From NCBI GenBank assembly GCA_002788855.1, contig PFSB01000017.1:35739-99738 (forward strand): DNA of 64,000 bases, written 5' to 3'. Under the pieces are notes generated by a model. The model was not told the origin of the DNA, ran no database searches, and worked only from the letters and a program-made list of their open reading frames with translations. Made by a program: the position numbers and the translations under genes. This stretch comes from Candidatus Roizmanbacteria bacterium CG_4_9_14_0_2_um_filter_38_17 (GTDB lineage: Bacteria; Patescibacteriota; Microgenomatia; GCA-00278855). Every line of letters begins with the position of its first letter. The stretch's first letter is position 1. This document shows, piece after piece, positions 28,501 through 37,799 of this stretch.

Positions 28501-29006
28501 AGCATAATCATCAAAGCGCCTCTTCTGGTTCCACCTTGTTGAATAATGTCATGAGTAGCAACTGAATAAAGCTCAGCCCAGTTTACTGGTCCTGAAGAGT
28601 AGCCATTGACCTTGCTCACACGTGCACCACGAGGCCTGAGACTAGAAAGATTTACCCCTACCCCGCCACCGTGCGCCATAATCTCAACCATGTGTCCTAG
28701 GTTTTCTAAGATACCGTTTCGGGAATCTGGTGGATTGGGAATAACGTAACAATTGTAGTAAGTCACATCGTAGCCGGTTCCTGCGCCTGCTAAAACTCTG
28801 CCACCTGGCACATACCTAAAGTCCTGCATTACTCGATTGAACTCGTCCTCCCAATGCTTACGATTGCTAGGTTTTTCCTCTTTAGCTATGCCGCGAGCTA
28901 CGCGAGCCCACATCTGTTTAGGATCTTTTTCGATAGGATCTCCTGCCTTATTTTTTAGGGCGTACCTATCTTTGAATACTTTTTCGCTTACTCCTTCTAG
29001 TTTCAT
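25494..29006 (-). CDS. nrdJ: Class II adenosylcobalamin-dependent ribonucleotide reductase (NrdJ) interrupted by an intein
   Basis: The exteins reconstitute ...RINCVNP|CGEEGLPPWGVCNLGS, the class II NPCGE active site. The total is 1170 aa versus about 800 expected without the 367-aa insert. Confidence 0.85.
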   Translation of the reverse strand: MKLEGVSEKVFKDRYALKNKAGDPIEKDPKQMWARVARGIAKEEKPSNRKHWEDEFNRVMQDFRYVPGGRVLAGAGTGYDVTYYNCYVIPNPPDSRNGILENLGHMVEIMAHGGGVGVNLSSLRPRGARVSKVNGYSSGPVNWAELYSVATHDIIQQGGTRRGALMIMLWDWHPDVQEFINVKRDLTRIRGANLSVCVSDKFMEAVKNDDDWNFIYPDIDDPKYDKEWDGYMQDWLDIGGKVNVHSTVRARDLWDQICEAAWNSAEPGVVFMERYNKWHNNYYFNRINCVNPCVTADTKVTTSDGIKTVGELYLSGEPVKAVVDGESYRATSFFKTGTKSVYRLKTKEGYELRLTKDHKVFTTTGKVEAGKLQQGDKIKLSSYGAFGTQGSLEQGRVLGWLVGDGSLKKNGNATLYFYGSEKQELAPQFAIYVHKMVDGEQVVARSYPIAPQYIDSEDKAVVESTRLWRLAGRYGLTPENKYKVPVAVLSGSKAMQKGFIQALFSADGHVAGTSKKGISVRLTSISYELLQDTQLLLLNFGIASKIYANRRKAGERALPDDHGGYKQLFHSLPNQCQAYHDLVISKDNLTRFAKEINFLHKYKQDKLETLLESYGKRGPYTETFIATFTELVSDGQEDVFDITVDKIHRFSANGMIISNCGEEGLPPWGVCNLGSLNLATFVNDSGNFDYDLLADHVKVAVRFQDNVIDGDVYIFEGIRKTQLEGERRIGIGTMGLADALIKMKIRYGSEKGLEVIDKIYKLIRDAAYDQSAELAKEKGAFPKFQRNKYLNAYFIKQLPERIRKKISKHGVRNSVILMQAPTGSTSLMAGVSSGIEPVFEFSFTRRDRLGEHKIFHPLYDAWRKDHPDDERPDYFVSAADLTPQNHVRVQAAIQKYVDASISKTVNAPADFTVEDVKELYTMAYDLGCKGVTFMREGSRPGVLERETDHVKSPSGENVAGQQTNGELPKDMPTITRRPLVLQGATYKMQTPVGKSFITVNTDPGGEPSEVFINIGKGGTDISAMAEAMGRLISLVFRINAPVSGEERVRSVLYQLGGIGGRSSTGFGKEKVLSLPDALAKVLGAHFNVTATNGTYKIMNHTNSTTNGHAKLNGNSFNTDKEVKEEKIVTLPAQLMMQPTTHLDICPDCGDASLAHEEGCKKCYSCGYSEC
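27030..28130 (-). mobile_element. Intein with LAGLIDADG homing-endonuclease domain, inserted at the RNR catalytic cysteine
   Basis: It is NrdJ residues 293-659. It starts at Cys (CVTADTKV), ends ...GMIISN, and is followed by extein Cys. The two LAGLIDADG-type blocks are LGWLVGDGSL and FIQALFSADGHV. Confidence 0.8.
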
Positions 29007-29449
29007 AATATTTTTTTTAATTCTTTTTGAAATTCTTCAACTTCTACAAATCTTTTAAAAACCGAAGCAAATCTAATATATGCTACTTTATCTATTACTT
29101 TTAAGTGGTCAGCTATTAAGTTGCCAATTTCTCCGCTCTCAATTTCAACTGCGTCACCGTTACGTAATTGCTGCTCAACTTTATTAATTATTTCGTCAAT
29201 CTGATCGTGCGACACTTTAGTTCTTTCAGACGCTTTTAATACTCCATTTTTAACCTTATTTCGATCAAACTGTTCTCGCTTCCCGTCTTTTTTCTTAACA
29301 ATTAATGGCTCTGTTTCGATCCTTTCATATGTTGTATATCTTTTTTCACACTCTAGACATTCTCTTCTGCGCCTAGTTATAGCTAATTCTTGCGAATCGC
29401 GCGTTTCCATCACCTTGCTTTGATCAAAAGAGCAAAATGGACAAATCAT
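29003..29449 (-). CDS. nrdR: Transcriptional repressor NrdR
   Basis: It has an N-terminal zinc ribbon (CPFC...CLEC) and an ATP-cone. Its stop overlaps the nrdJ start. Confidence 0.85.
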   Translation of the reverse strand: MICPFCSFDQSKVMETRDSQELAITRRRRECLECEKRYTTYERIETEPLIVKKKDGKREQFDRNKVKNGVLKASERTKVSHDQIDEIINKVEQQLRNGDAVEIESGEIGNLIADHLKVIDKVAYIRFASVFKRFVEVEEFQKELKKIL

Positions 29450-29686
29450 TTTTTTTCTATAAAAGCACTATGGGTAGTGCCAGCCATAAGCGTAAGACAT
29501 TATTTAGACAGTGTCAATGAAACAAACTATATCAGAAAAGCTCAATAATCACTTTTGAACCTAAGGCTATGTCAGTAATATAACTATAGGCTTAAATGAA
29601 CATTCTAATATGTGGCAGTAAAATATGGTCAGTTGTCTTGAATAACTAATTTAGTCTATATACCCTATATAGGGCCTAGGTATAGA

Positions 29687-30346
29687 CTATTGTCGGCTTT
29701 CTATTTCTAGTATTCTTTGGTTTACTTCTTCTGCTCTTTGAACACTCTCTTCATACCCCTTTTGTAAATTCTCTGGGGCATTATTTTTCATAATAATTAA
29801 CACTTCCTGGTGTTTGTTCGCAGATTTTTTGTATGTATCAATAGTGTTATTGGAAACAGAATCTTTATCTTCCTTTTGTAAATCATTAATAATATCGATC
29901 CCATTATTAAAGAACCCCTGAGCTTCTGCTACGGTTTTAGCTGCAAGCTCATATTTCCCTTTTTCAATCAAAAATACGCCCATGTTTAGCCGCTTATCAG
30001 CCATTAGTAGATTAAACTCTATTTTCCTCTGAGGGTCCTGAATAAAAAGATTTAACAACTTGTCTCTAAAAAGTTTGAGTGGATATAGTGCATGGTCAGG
30101 AAGGATGCCTGGATATGGTAAATTATAAACCGTTTTGTCCTGTATTTCCTCCATGACCATTATACCTGGATTGTCTATTGGTTGGGCCTGCATTGAGGCT
30201 TGTAAAACATCTAACCTGTCCGCCTCCGTCGTTGCCAACATGGAATTAGGAAGCTCCTCTGCAGTAGTCGTGCTAACGCTGTTATTAAAAAACAGGGGGC
30301 TAAATAATGCCAGAATGAGAATAAAACCAATTACTGACTGCTTCAT
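29687..30346 (-). CDS. Secreted hypothetical protein
   Basis: It has a signal peptide (ILALFSPLFF) and a helical, Lys/Glu-rich C-terminal half. Confidence 0.35.
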   Translation of the reverse strand: MKQSVIGFILILALFSPLFFNNSVSTTTAEELPNSMLATTEADRLDVLQASMQAQPIDNPGIMVMEEIQDKTVYNLPYPGILPDHALYPLKLFRDKLLNLFIQDPQRKIEFNLLMADKRLNMGVFLIEKGKYELAAKTVAEAQGFFNNGIDIINDLQKEDKDSVSNNTIDTYKKSANKHQEVLIIMKNNAPENLQKGYEESVQRAEEVNQRILEIESRQ

Positions 30347-30400
30347 TAAGTTCGTTTTTACCTCAATTGAGTTGGTTTGTCAACTGATTTATTCATTCAG

Positions 30401-30625
30401 TCAGTCATATTTAGCCAATTCAGTTAACATTTTTCTGTTCTTTTTTACGATCTTTTTTAACCATTGTTCTAATTTTTCGTTAACTTTTGTAACTATAAGT
30501 AGTTTATTTTTTGTTTCAAATGTTGAAATAACTCTATCCCCTATTTTCCAACCAAGTTCTTTTAGATGTTCTTTAGGAATGGTTACCGCTGCAGAATTAC
30601 CAACCCTGATTATTTTTTGCCTCAT
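30401..30625 (-). CDS. AbrB/MazE/SpoVT-family swapped-hairpin DNA-binding protein
   Basis: The translation has IRVGNSAAVTIPKEHLKELGWKIGDRV, the classic looped-hinge-helix motif. Confidence 0.5.
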   Translation of the reverse strand: MRQKIIRVGNSAAVTIPKEHLKELGWKIGDRVISTFETKNKLLIVTKVNEKLEQWLKKIVKKNRKMLTELAKYD

Positions 30626-30684
30626 GTTATAACCGTTATAACATCCTTACCGGTGAATATCAACCTGGCCTATCGAAAGAAAAT

Positions 30685-31248
30685 CTAATGGGAGTTTCCA
30701 TCAAAGCCTAACTTGTCTAAGACTATCCCCATGGTCTCGTTGGGACCGGTTGTATAGGTGTCTAATACTAAGTTGTAATACTTGGGGTCCCAGAAATCAT
30801 ATTTACCGTAGAGTGCCTGCCACTTTTTAATATTCCCCTTTTCACGGGACTCTATCTGCTTTTTGGCTTCATCTACTGACATATTATCTCTGTTGACTAA
30901 TCTATCTATACGCAAAGCGTCGTCACACGTTAGAAGAACTCGTAAAACTCCTTTAATATCCTTTGCTACAAATCCAGATAGCCAGGCTTCGTAGATGAGT
31001 TTGTCTTCATTGGTAAGCTTCTCTTTTGTCATCGCTTCAATGTCCTTTTCCCATTGGTCGGCTCTTGTATCAGAACCTGAGAAATGCTCACTTTTACCAC
31101 GCTTGCGGTCAAATTCTCGTTGCAGGTCGCCAACGTTAATTCTTTTCCAGCCAAGGGCACGCTCAAGATTCTTAGCTAAAGTAGAGGTTCCAGTGGCAAT
31201 TCTGCCAGACACAGTGATATTGCTATATTTGTAATTCTTGCCAGCCAT
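30685..31248 (-). CDS. Archaeal-type cytidylate-kinase-like P-loop protein with atypical Walker A
   Basis: It has the Cmk-family-2-like layout (ITVSGRIATGTSTLAKNLERALGW ... LTCDDALRIDRL). The Walker A lysine is replaced by Thr (GTST). Confidence 0.45.
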   Translation of the reverse strand: MAGKNYKYSNITVSGRIATGTSTLAKNLERALGWKRINVGDLQREFDRKRGKSEHFSGSDTRADQWEKDIEAMTKEKLTNEDKLIYEAWLSGFVAKDIKGVLRVLLTCDDALRIDRLVNRDNMSVDEAKKQIESREKGNIKKWQALYGKYDFWDPKYYNLVLDTYTTGPNETMGIVLDKLGFDGNSH

Positions 31249-31286
31249 GTTAAGAATTATATTCTGGTTGACATATTATTACAAGG

Positions 31287-32450
31287 ATGATAAAAGAGGT
31301 TATGGTAAGGGTCGTCAAGAATCAACAATGTTACCTCACATACGACGACGTTCTCCTTTTACCTGAATATACGGATTTTAGCCGAGGAGATATTAACCTA
31401 AGGACACAGTTAACCAAAAAAATCGGGCTTGATCTTCCCTTAGTTGCAGCTCCCATGGATACGGTGGCTGAAAGCAAGTTGGCAATAGCTCTAGCAAAAC
31501 TTGGTGGGATTGCTTTTATTCACCGAAATCTAACTGTGGCTGATCAAGCAATGGAAGTCAAAGCAGTTAAGCAAAAAAACTTTTTAGTTGGAGCCGCGAT
31601 CGGAGCAAGCTCCGGGTATGAGGATAGGGTGGAAGTTTTAGTTAAAACAGGAGTAGATGTGATAGTGGTTGATTCTGCACATGGATACGCAAAGAATGTA
31701 ATTGACACAATAAAGTGGGTAAAGAACAAATATCCCAAGCTTCAAGTAATTGGAGGGAATATTGCGACAAAAGATGGCGCAGAGGCTTTAATCAAAGCAG
31801 GAGCAGATGGCCTTAGAGTAGGCATGGGACCTGGCGCAATCTGCACCACTCGGGTTATTTCAGGAATGGGAGTCCCGCAGATTAGTGCAGTATCAGACTG
31901 TGTTGAAGTAGCAGACAAGTACAGTGTACCAGTAATTGCTGATGGAGGAATTGCCCACTCAGGAGATATTGTTAAGGCATTGGCGGCGGGAGCGGCAAGC
32001 GTAATGATGGGCAGCTACTTTGCCTCTGCGGAAGAGTCACCTGGAAAAGTAGTTGATCTTGAGGCTCTGCAAGTACCAGCTAGGTTTAAGAGTATCTTAA
32101 AAGATGGCATAAAAATATATAAGTTTAAGGAGTATCGGGGAATGGGGTCGGTAGGAGCGATGAAAAAAGGTACTAAGATTAAGTCAGAAGACGAGTACCA
32201 TGGTAAGAGTTATAAGGATCGAGTAATGGTCGCAGAAGGAGTTGAGGGCTTGGTGCCTGTCAAAGGAACTGTTAAAGACCTTGTTGACCAAGCTGTTGGA
32301 GGAATGAAATCGGGGCTTTATTATGTTGGGGCAAAGAGTATTTCCGAATTGCAAAAGAAAGCTAAATTCATTCAGATAACCCAAGCATCGCTAACTGAAG
32401 GCCATCCACATGATATTTTAGTTACAAACGCTGGGAGTAATTACCAATGA
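31287..32450 (+). CDS. guaB: IMP dehydrogenase, short form lacking the CBS subdomain (GuaB; GMP reductase not excluded)
   Basis: It has the catalytic-Cys loop GMGPGAICTTRV and a C-terminal flap. Its stop overlaps the guaA start. Confidence 0.7.
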   Translation: MIKEVMVRVVKNQQCYLTYDDVLLLPEYTDFSRGDINLRTQLTKKIGLDLPLVAAPMDTVAESKLAIALAKLGGIAFIHRNLTVADQAMEVKAVKQKNFLVGAAIGASSGYEDRVEVLVKTGVDVIVVDSAHGYAKNVIDTIKWVKNKYPKLQVIGGNIATKDGAEALIKAGADGLRVGMGPGAICTTRVISGMGVPQISAVSDCVEVADKYSVPVIADGGIAHSGDIVKALAAGAASVMMGSYFASAEESPGKVVDLEALQVPARFKSILKDGIKIYKFKEYRGMGSVGAMKKGTKIKSEDEYHGKSYKDRVMVAEGVEGLVPVKGTVKDLVDQAVGGMKSGLYYVGAKSISELQKKAKFIQITQASLTEGHPHDILVTNAGSNYQ

Positions 32451-33970
32451 TAGTTATTGTAGACTTTGGCAGTCAAACCACACATTTAATCGGCAGACGT
32501 ATTCGTGATTTTGGAGTTGATGTAACAATTATTGAACCAGAAAGAGCCCTTCGACAAGCTCAGGACCTTCGGCCCAAAGGGATTATTTTGTCAGGTGGAC
32601 CAGCAAGTGTGTACGCACGAAGCGCCCCAACCATAGATAAGAAGGTATTTGATCTGGGGATACCAATTCTTGGCATTTGTTATGGCTGGCAACTTACAGC
32701 ACACCTGCTTAATGGTGAAGTTAAAAGCGGAAAAAAAGAATACGGCCCAACCACATTAAAAATTGATGATTATTCTGATCTATTTTATGGACTACCACGT
32801 GAAACAAGAGTTTTTGAATCACATGGAGACACAGTGTATAAAATGCCAAAGGGTTTTAAGGTTATTGCGAAGACCGGAAGCGTTGAGAATGCAGCCGTAA
32901 GAGAAGATAAGCGCAAAATTTATGGAGTCCAGTTTCATCCCGAAATGCACCACACGAAACAAGGCAGACAAATCTTAAAAAACTTCATCACAATAATATG
33001 TAATATTGGTGTTCATCCAGTTCGCATTAATACTAATTCAATAATCCAAGAAATTAGAGAAAAAGTAGGAGATAAACAGGTTATTGGTGCATTTTCAGGA
33101 GGAACAGATTCGGCAATTGCAGGGGCTTTGGTGGCTAAGGCTATCGGGAAACAGTTTATACCCATCTACATTGATAGTGGCCTAATGCGAGAGGGAACTT
33201 TGGAGAGAATTAAGAGTGATTTTCCAAAAGTCTTGGGAATAAAAGTACAGGTAATTAATACCCGCAAAGAATTTCTAAAACGTTTAAAAAGCGTCACCGA
33301 TCCAGAGAAAAAACGGAAAACTATTGGAAACTTGTATATTGAATTATTTGAGCGAGAGATAAAAAAATACAAAAACGTTGCATTTTTGCTCCAAGGAACA
33401 ACCTATGCAGACTTTATACAGGCAAAAGGACAAGGAAAAGAAAAATCTGCACACATAAAAAGCCATCATAATGTTGGTGGCTTGCCCAAAAACATGAAAT
33501 TAAAGCTACTTGAACCACTGCGATACTACTATACCGATCAGGTCAGGAAAATTGGATTATTGCTTAAGCTACCTAAAGATATTGTTTTTCAACAACCTTT
33601 TCCAGGACCTGGTCATGCTGTGCGAATAGTTGGAGAAGTAACAGAGAGTAGACTAGATCAACAAATTATGGCCGATGCTATCGTTGTTGATGAACTTAAA
33701 AAATCTGGCTGGTACGATAAAGTGTTTCAGTGTTGGTCTGTGATGACTGGAACAAATAGCACTGGTGTAAAAGGTGATGAGAGATTTTATGGGGAAGTTG
33801 TGGCATTGAGAATAGTAGATAGTAAAGATCGGATGACAGCTGATTGGTCAAGAATTCCGCATAAAGTACTCGCAAGATTATCTACACGTATTGTTAATGA
33901 AGTACCGGAGATCTCGCGCGTTGTGTATGACATCACCACCAAACCCCCAGCTACCATGGAATGGGAATAA
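32447..33970 (+). CDS. guaA: GMP synthase (glutamine-hydrolysing)
   Basis: It has a GATase N-terminus (the class I triad region), the PP-loop SGGTDS, and the C-terminal dimerisation motif. Confidence 0.9.
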   Translation: MIVIVDFGSQTTHLIGRRIRDFGVDVTIIEPERALRQAQDLRPKGIILSGGPASVYARSAPTIDKKVFDLGIPILGICYGWQLTAHLLNGEVKSGKKEYGPTTLKIDDYSDLFYGLPRETRVFESHGDTVYKMPKGFKVIAKTGSVENAAVREDKRKIYGVQFHPEMHHTKQGRQILKNFITIICNIGVHPVRINTNSIIQEIREKVGDKQVIGAFSGGTDSAIAGALVAKAIGKQFIPIYIDSGLMREGTLERIKSDFPKVLGIKVQVINTRKEFLKRLKSVTDPEKKRKTIGNLYIELFEREIKKYKNVAFLLQGTTYADFIQAKGQGKEKSAHIKSHHNVGGLPKNMKLKLLEPLRYYYTDQVRKIGLLLKLPKDIVFQQPFPGPGHAVRIVGEVTESRLDQQIMADAIVVDELKKSGWYDKVFQCWSVMTGTNSTGVKGDERFYGEVVALRIVDSKDRMTADWSRIPHKVLARLSTRIVNEVPEISRVVYDITTKPPATMEWE

Positions 33971-34038
33971 ATTATAGAGTCGACCCCTATAATAGCCCGT
34001 AAACTGGGGCTTATTGTAAGGCTAAGCCTTACTTGGGA

Positions 34039-34497
34039 TTATTCTACCTTGAGGATTTGGGCGAGCTTGGAGGTGGAGGGAGTATTGATTTGATCTGTTA
34101 CTATTTTTAATTCACCACCAATACCTGCGGCCTGCTTGCGCTTATTATCTAGTTGCGGGTCGTTTTTTGTAACAGCTATCACGTCTGGTTTAATCGCCTT
34201 AACCAGATCAAAATAGTCTTTATCTGAATTCATCTCGTTTAGGAGAATTACGTAATCTACACATATAAGTTCACTAAGAATTTCAGCTCGAATTTGTTGA
34301 TTGAAAATTGGCCGACTCTTTCCTTTAAGTCTTTGCACAGTAGTGTCACTTTCCAGCGCTACAATTAATATGTCACCATATTTTTTGGCTTCTTTTAGAA
34401 ACTTTATGTGCCCATAGTGGAGAAGGTCAAATACACCTCCAGCTAAAACTAGCTTCTTATTACTGGGTATTTGATCAAGCTTAATAATTTTATTCAT
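34039..34497 (-). CDS. Cytidylyltransferase-like nucleotidyltransferase (HxGH family; TagD / RfaE-domain-II-like)
   Basis: It has GGVFDLLHYGHIKFL, the (H/T)xGH motif of the class I nucleotidylyltransferase fold. Confidence 0.55.
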   Translation of the reverse strand: MNKIIKLDQIPSNKKLVLAGGVFDLLHYGHIKFLKEAKKYGDILIVALESDTTVQRLKGKSRPIFNQQIRAEILSELICVDYVILLNEMNSDKDYFDLVKAIKPDVIAVTKNDPQLDNKRKQAAGIGGELKIVTDQINTPSTSKLAQILKVE

Positions 34498-34500
34498 ACT

Positions 34501-36204
34501 TTAAGCTCCAGTCCCCCGCAAATACACCGCTTGCCAAGGTCTGAAATTAGAGAAAAATGTTCTACTGGTAAGAGTTTCACCATTTCTGGTAACTGTGTAA
34601 TCAAAGGCAACTTTCGATCCCCAAGCGGCAAAGTCTACCTGTTTAACAGATCCAACAGGGAGTGATGGATCGTCCTGATAAAGTGGTTCTGGAGGCGATT
34701 GCTGATCCCAGACACGGTGATTTGAGATAGTAGTTTCTCTCCCATCAGAAGTACCATAAATTTCATAAGTCAATTTAGCTTGGGCGCTGTCAACTTTTGT
34801 TTGAATTAGTATGTATGCGGTGGTGTCATTTTTAAAGCGAAAGTCCGTTGATGGTGCATAGACTGTTGCGTCAAGCCCTGGCTTAAAATTGCCTTTTTCA
34901 TAGTACACCACACGGTAAGAATGAGCCTTTCGTTCTGTGATAGGAAGCCCCGCGTCCAATACAGCGCGAAATAAAGTGGTGGAATCTTGGCAAACTCCTC
35001 CCCCATCACCAAGAACTGTGCGCCCATCTTTGATAACATAAGCAGCCTGATAACCACTTGAATAAGAAATATCTCCAACTGTATCGTTAAACGAAAATTC
35101 CTCACCTGGAGGAATAAGTGTTCCATTAATACGACTTGCTGCCAGCGATAAATTATGTATCCTGCCTACTGCAGAACCAGTAAAGTATGAAACACCTTGA
35201 CTTAAAAGATCATTAATTCCTAAGCTATTTGCGTCTTGATTCACAATTTCCGGTTGAGTAATGACTACACTTAGCTCCACTTCATGAGTCTGTGAGTCGA
35301 GATTCTCTAACAGTATTAGGGCATTGGTTAGTTCTACGGATGCTTGTTCTTTTTTAAGTTCTTGACCAGCATCGGCTGGTTTAAATGCCGTCACTTTCCC
35401 ATTTTCTAACTTCAAGAGAGCATTTTGAGGAGGATGATCATGACTTTGTGCATAAGTATCTATAAGTACTGCTATTTTTTCTGTGTCATAGCCTCCCTTA
35501 AAATTCAATAAGCTAATGATCCGTTCCCCGTCCAACTCTTCCATGTTATCTGCAATGTGAATAGATAATGTTTTAGATAAGAATTTCTGTCCACGAGCTA
35601 GTGTACTTTCCAGTTGGGAGCTAGATATGGCTACTTCAACCAGTTTTACTGGTAGCTTTATGTGGTTAAAATTTAGCATGGCAAGTTGATTATTTATTAA
35701 GTCAATAACCTCTTGCTGTGGTAATTCTTGCCCATCTTGACCTGGAATTGTTTCTAGCGTATCCTCTACTAACTGTATTTCGGTTTTCTGTGCTGGAAAA
35801 CTGAGTTGAGCAGAAATCGTGGCAATCGATGCCTCAAGTTCTAAATTATTAATTTCATAGCTCACTGGTTGATTGTTAAACTGTTGGGTTAAAAGTTTTA
35901 CGATACTGCGTTGGTTAAATGCAGCGTCGATAGAGCTACTGATGCGAGGATTATATTGTAGTTCCTTTAAGGATAATTCCCAAGTGGTGTTTTGGTGTGT
36001 TAATACAATACTTTCTGGTGTATTCTCATTAATTAAAAGTCGAAGTTTATCTTGAGCCTCTGCTCTGGTTAAGGCGCTCATGCTGATTCCAGCAATACTC
36101 ATACCAGGATAAAGACGATCATTTAAGTAAATGAAGCTCGCCCCAAACCCTAGAATTATTCCGATAAAAATGACTGTTAATGACCTGATTATTATTTGTT
36201 TCAC
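34501..36204 (-). CDS. VanW-family protein with N-terminal TM anchor
   Basis: The C-terminal block GGGVCQDSTTLFRAVLDAGLPI is present. This is the VanW architecture with repeat and linker domains. Confidence 0.6.
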   Translation of the reverse strand: MKQIIIRSLTVIFIGIILGFGASFIYLNDRLYPGMSIAGISMSALTRAEAQDKLRLLINENTPESIVLTHQNTTWELSLKELQYNPRISSSIDAAFNQRSIVKLLTQQFNNQPVSYEINNLELEASIATISAQLSFPAQKTEIQLVEDTLETIPGQDGQELPQQEVIDLINNQLAMLNFNHIKLPVKLVEVAISSSQLESTLARGQKFLSKTLSIHIADNMEELDGERIISLLNFKGGYDTEKIAVLIDTYAQSHDHPPQNALLKLENGKVTAFKPADAGQELKKEQASVELTNALILLENLDSQTHEVELSVVITQPEIVNQDANSLGINDLLSQGVSYFTGSAVGRIHNLSLAASRINGTLIPPGEEFSFNDTVGDISYSSGYQAAYVIKDGRTVLGDGGGVCQDSTTLFRAVLDAGLPITERKAHSYRVVYYEKGNFKPGLDATVYAPSTDFRFKNDTTAYILIQTKVDSAQAKLTYEIYGTSDGRETTISNHRVWDQQSPPEPLYQDDPSLPVGSVKQVDFAAWGSKVAFDYTVTRNGETLTSRTFFSNFRPWQAVYLRGTGA

Positions 36205-36239
36205 ACCTTATAAAAACGGTTGGGTAAACTAGGTAAACT

Positions 36240-37748
36240 ATGAGACACATGAAACACCTATGCTATGATAACATAAGCATGGCTGATAACGAACAAAAAG
36301 ACCCACAGGGTCCATTGAAATCTAAGCAGACTGATCCACTAGATCCGTTGGAGAGTGCGTATGAAAGCGATGTATTTCATGGAGACCCAATCATGGATGA
36401 TGAGTATATCGAGCCAGAACTCCCCCCACCACCACCTGCCTCAATTTTTCAGCGCATCTTAAAAGCAATTCCCTTCTTAATTGGAATAATTATTCTACTC
36501 CTACTGGGGTATTTGGCCTACAACTACTTTTTAGAACGTAATGGCAAGGGTGGACCAGCAGACTTAAACTATTGGACGCTGTGGGAAGACGATAGTGTTT
36601 ACCAGCCTCTGATTGAGGAGTACCAGCAGCAGCATTTGGGAGTTACAGTCACATTGCAGAAACAATCAGTTATTCAATATCGTGAGCGACTACAAACACA
36701 TATTGCCCGTGGGGAAGGACCAGACATCTTTCGCTTTCATAATACCTGGACTCCGATGCTCCAAGACGAGCTATCAGCTATGCCAAATAGCGTGATGACA
36801 CGAGCTGAATTTAAAGAAGCTTATTACCCTGTAATAGTAGAAGATCTCTCTGTTGGAGAAACAACTGTAGGCCTCCCATTAATGTTCGATGGATTAGTGG
36901 TTTTTTATAACAAAGATATTTTACAGGCAGCTGGTTTTAGTGCTCCTTCTGGCGACTGGAATGAGTTTTTACTACAAGCAGAGAACATGACAGTTAAACA
37001 AGGTAATAAGATTGTGACGGCGGGAGCTGCCCTTGGCCGAGCAGACAATATTGAACATTTTTCAGATATACTCGGGCTATTAATGTTGCAAAATGGTGCC
37101 AATCCTGCTCGTCCTAATACCGACGCTGGCGCGGGTGGGCTGGTGTTTTATCGTATATTCGCCCAGACCCCAGATAACGTTTGGAGTTTGGAATTTGATA
37201 ATGATATTCTTGCTTTTGCAGGAGGGAAGGTTGCCATGATTTTTGCGCCTTCTTGGGAAGCTTTCACTATTGCTGCTATAAATCCAGATCTGAATTTCTC
37301 CACTTCTCCTGTACCCCAGGTTGCTGGCTCCGAAAGCCAAGTTGCCTGGGCTAGTTATTGGGCTGAGGGAGTGAATGCAAAAAGTCCCAACCAACAACAA
37401 GCTTGGGAGTTCCTAAAGTTTATGGCACAAAAAGAGTCACTGGAAAAATTCTATAAGCTAACCGCGGAAACCAGGGTCTTATTTGGAGAGCCGTATCCAA
37501 GACGCGACCTCGTAGAAACACTAGGACAAAATGACTACTTAGCGCCATTGGCTCAACAGGGTGAGTTTGCCCAGAGTTTTTACATGGCATCGCGCACGTA
37601 TGATAATGGAATTAATGATGGGATTATTCAGTACTATAAAAATGCAGTTAATAGTTTAGATTCTGGTAATAGCCCCCAAGAAGCTTTGGAAACTGCCGCA
37701 CAAGGAATCACCCAGGTCTTAGAGAGATTTAATGTGGTAATTGAGTAA
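36240..37748 (+). CDS. Membrane-anchored extracellular solute-binding protein (ABC sugar-type SBP family 1-like)
   Basis: It has a long acidic/proline-rich cytoplasmic tail, one TM helix, and a periplasmic-binding-protein-like domain. No permease gene is adjacent. It begins with the MKHM-type repeat (MRHMKH). Confidence 0.45.
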   Translation: MRHMKHLCYDNISMADNEQKDPQGPLKSKQTDPLDPLESAYESDVFHGDPIMDDEYIEPELPPPPPASIFQRILKAIPFLIGIIILLLLGYLAYNYFLERNGKGGPADLNYWTLWEDDSVYQPLIEEYQQQHLGVTVTLQKQSVIQYRERLQTHIARGEGPDIFRFHNTWTPMLQDELSAMPNSVMTRAEFKEAYYPVIVEDLSVGETTVGLPLMFDGLVVFYNKDILQAAGFSAPSGDWNEFLLQAENMTVKQGNKIVTAGAALGRADNIEHFSDILGLLMLQNGANPARPNTDAGAGGLVFYRIFAQTPDNVWSLEFDNDILAFAGGKVAMIFAPSWEAFTIAAINPDLNFSTSPVPQVAGSESQVAWASYWAEGVNAKSPNQQQAWEFLKFMAQKESLEKFYKLTAETRVLFGEPYPRRDLVETLGQNDYLAPLAQQGEFAQSFYMASRTYDNGINDGIIQYYKNAVNSLDSGNSPQEALETAAQGITQVLERFNVVIE

Positions 37749-37799
37749 TATTAATTCTTCGATCAAGAATGTGCTCTCTTCTAATCTCTTAATAGATTA

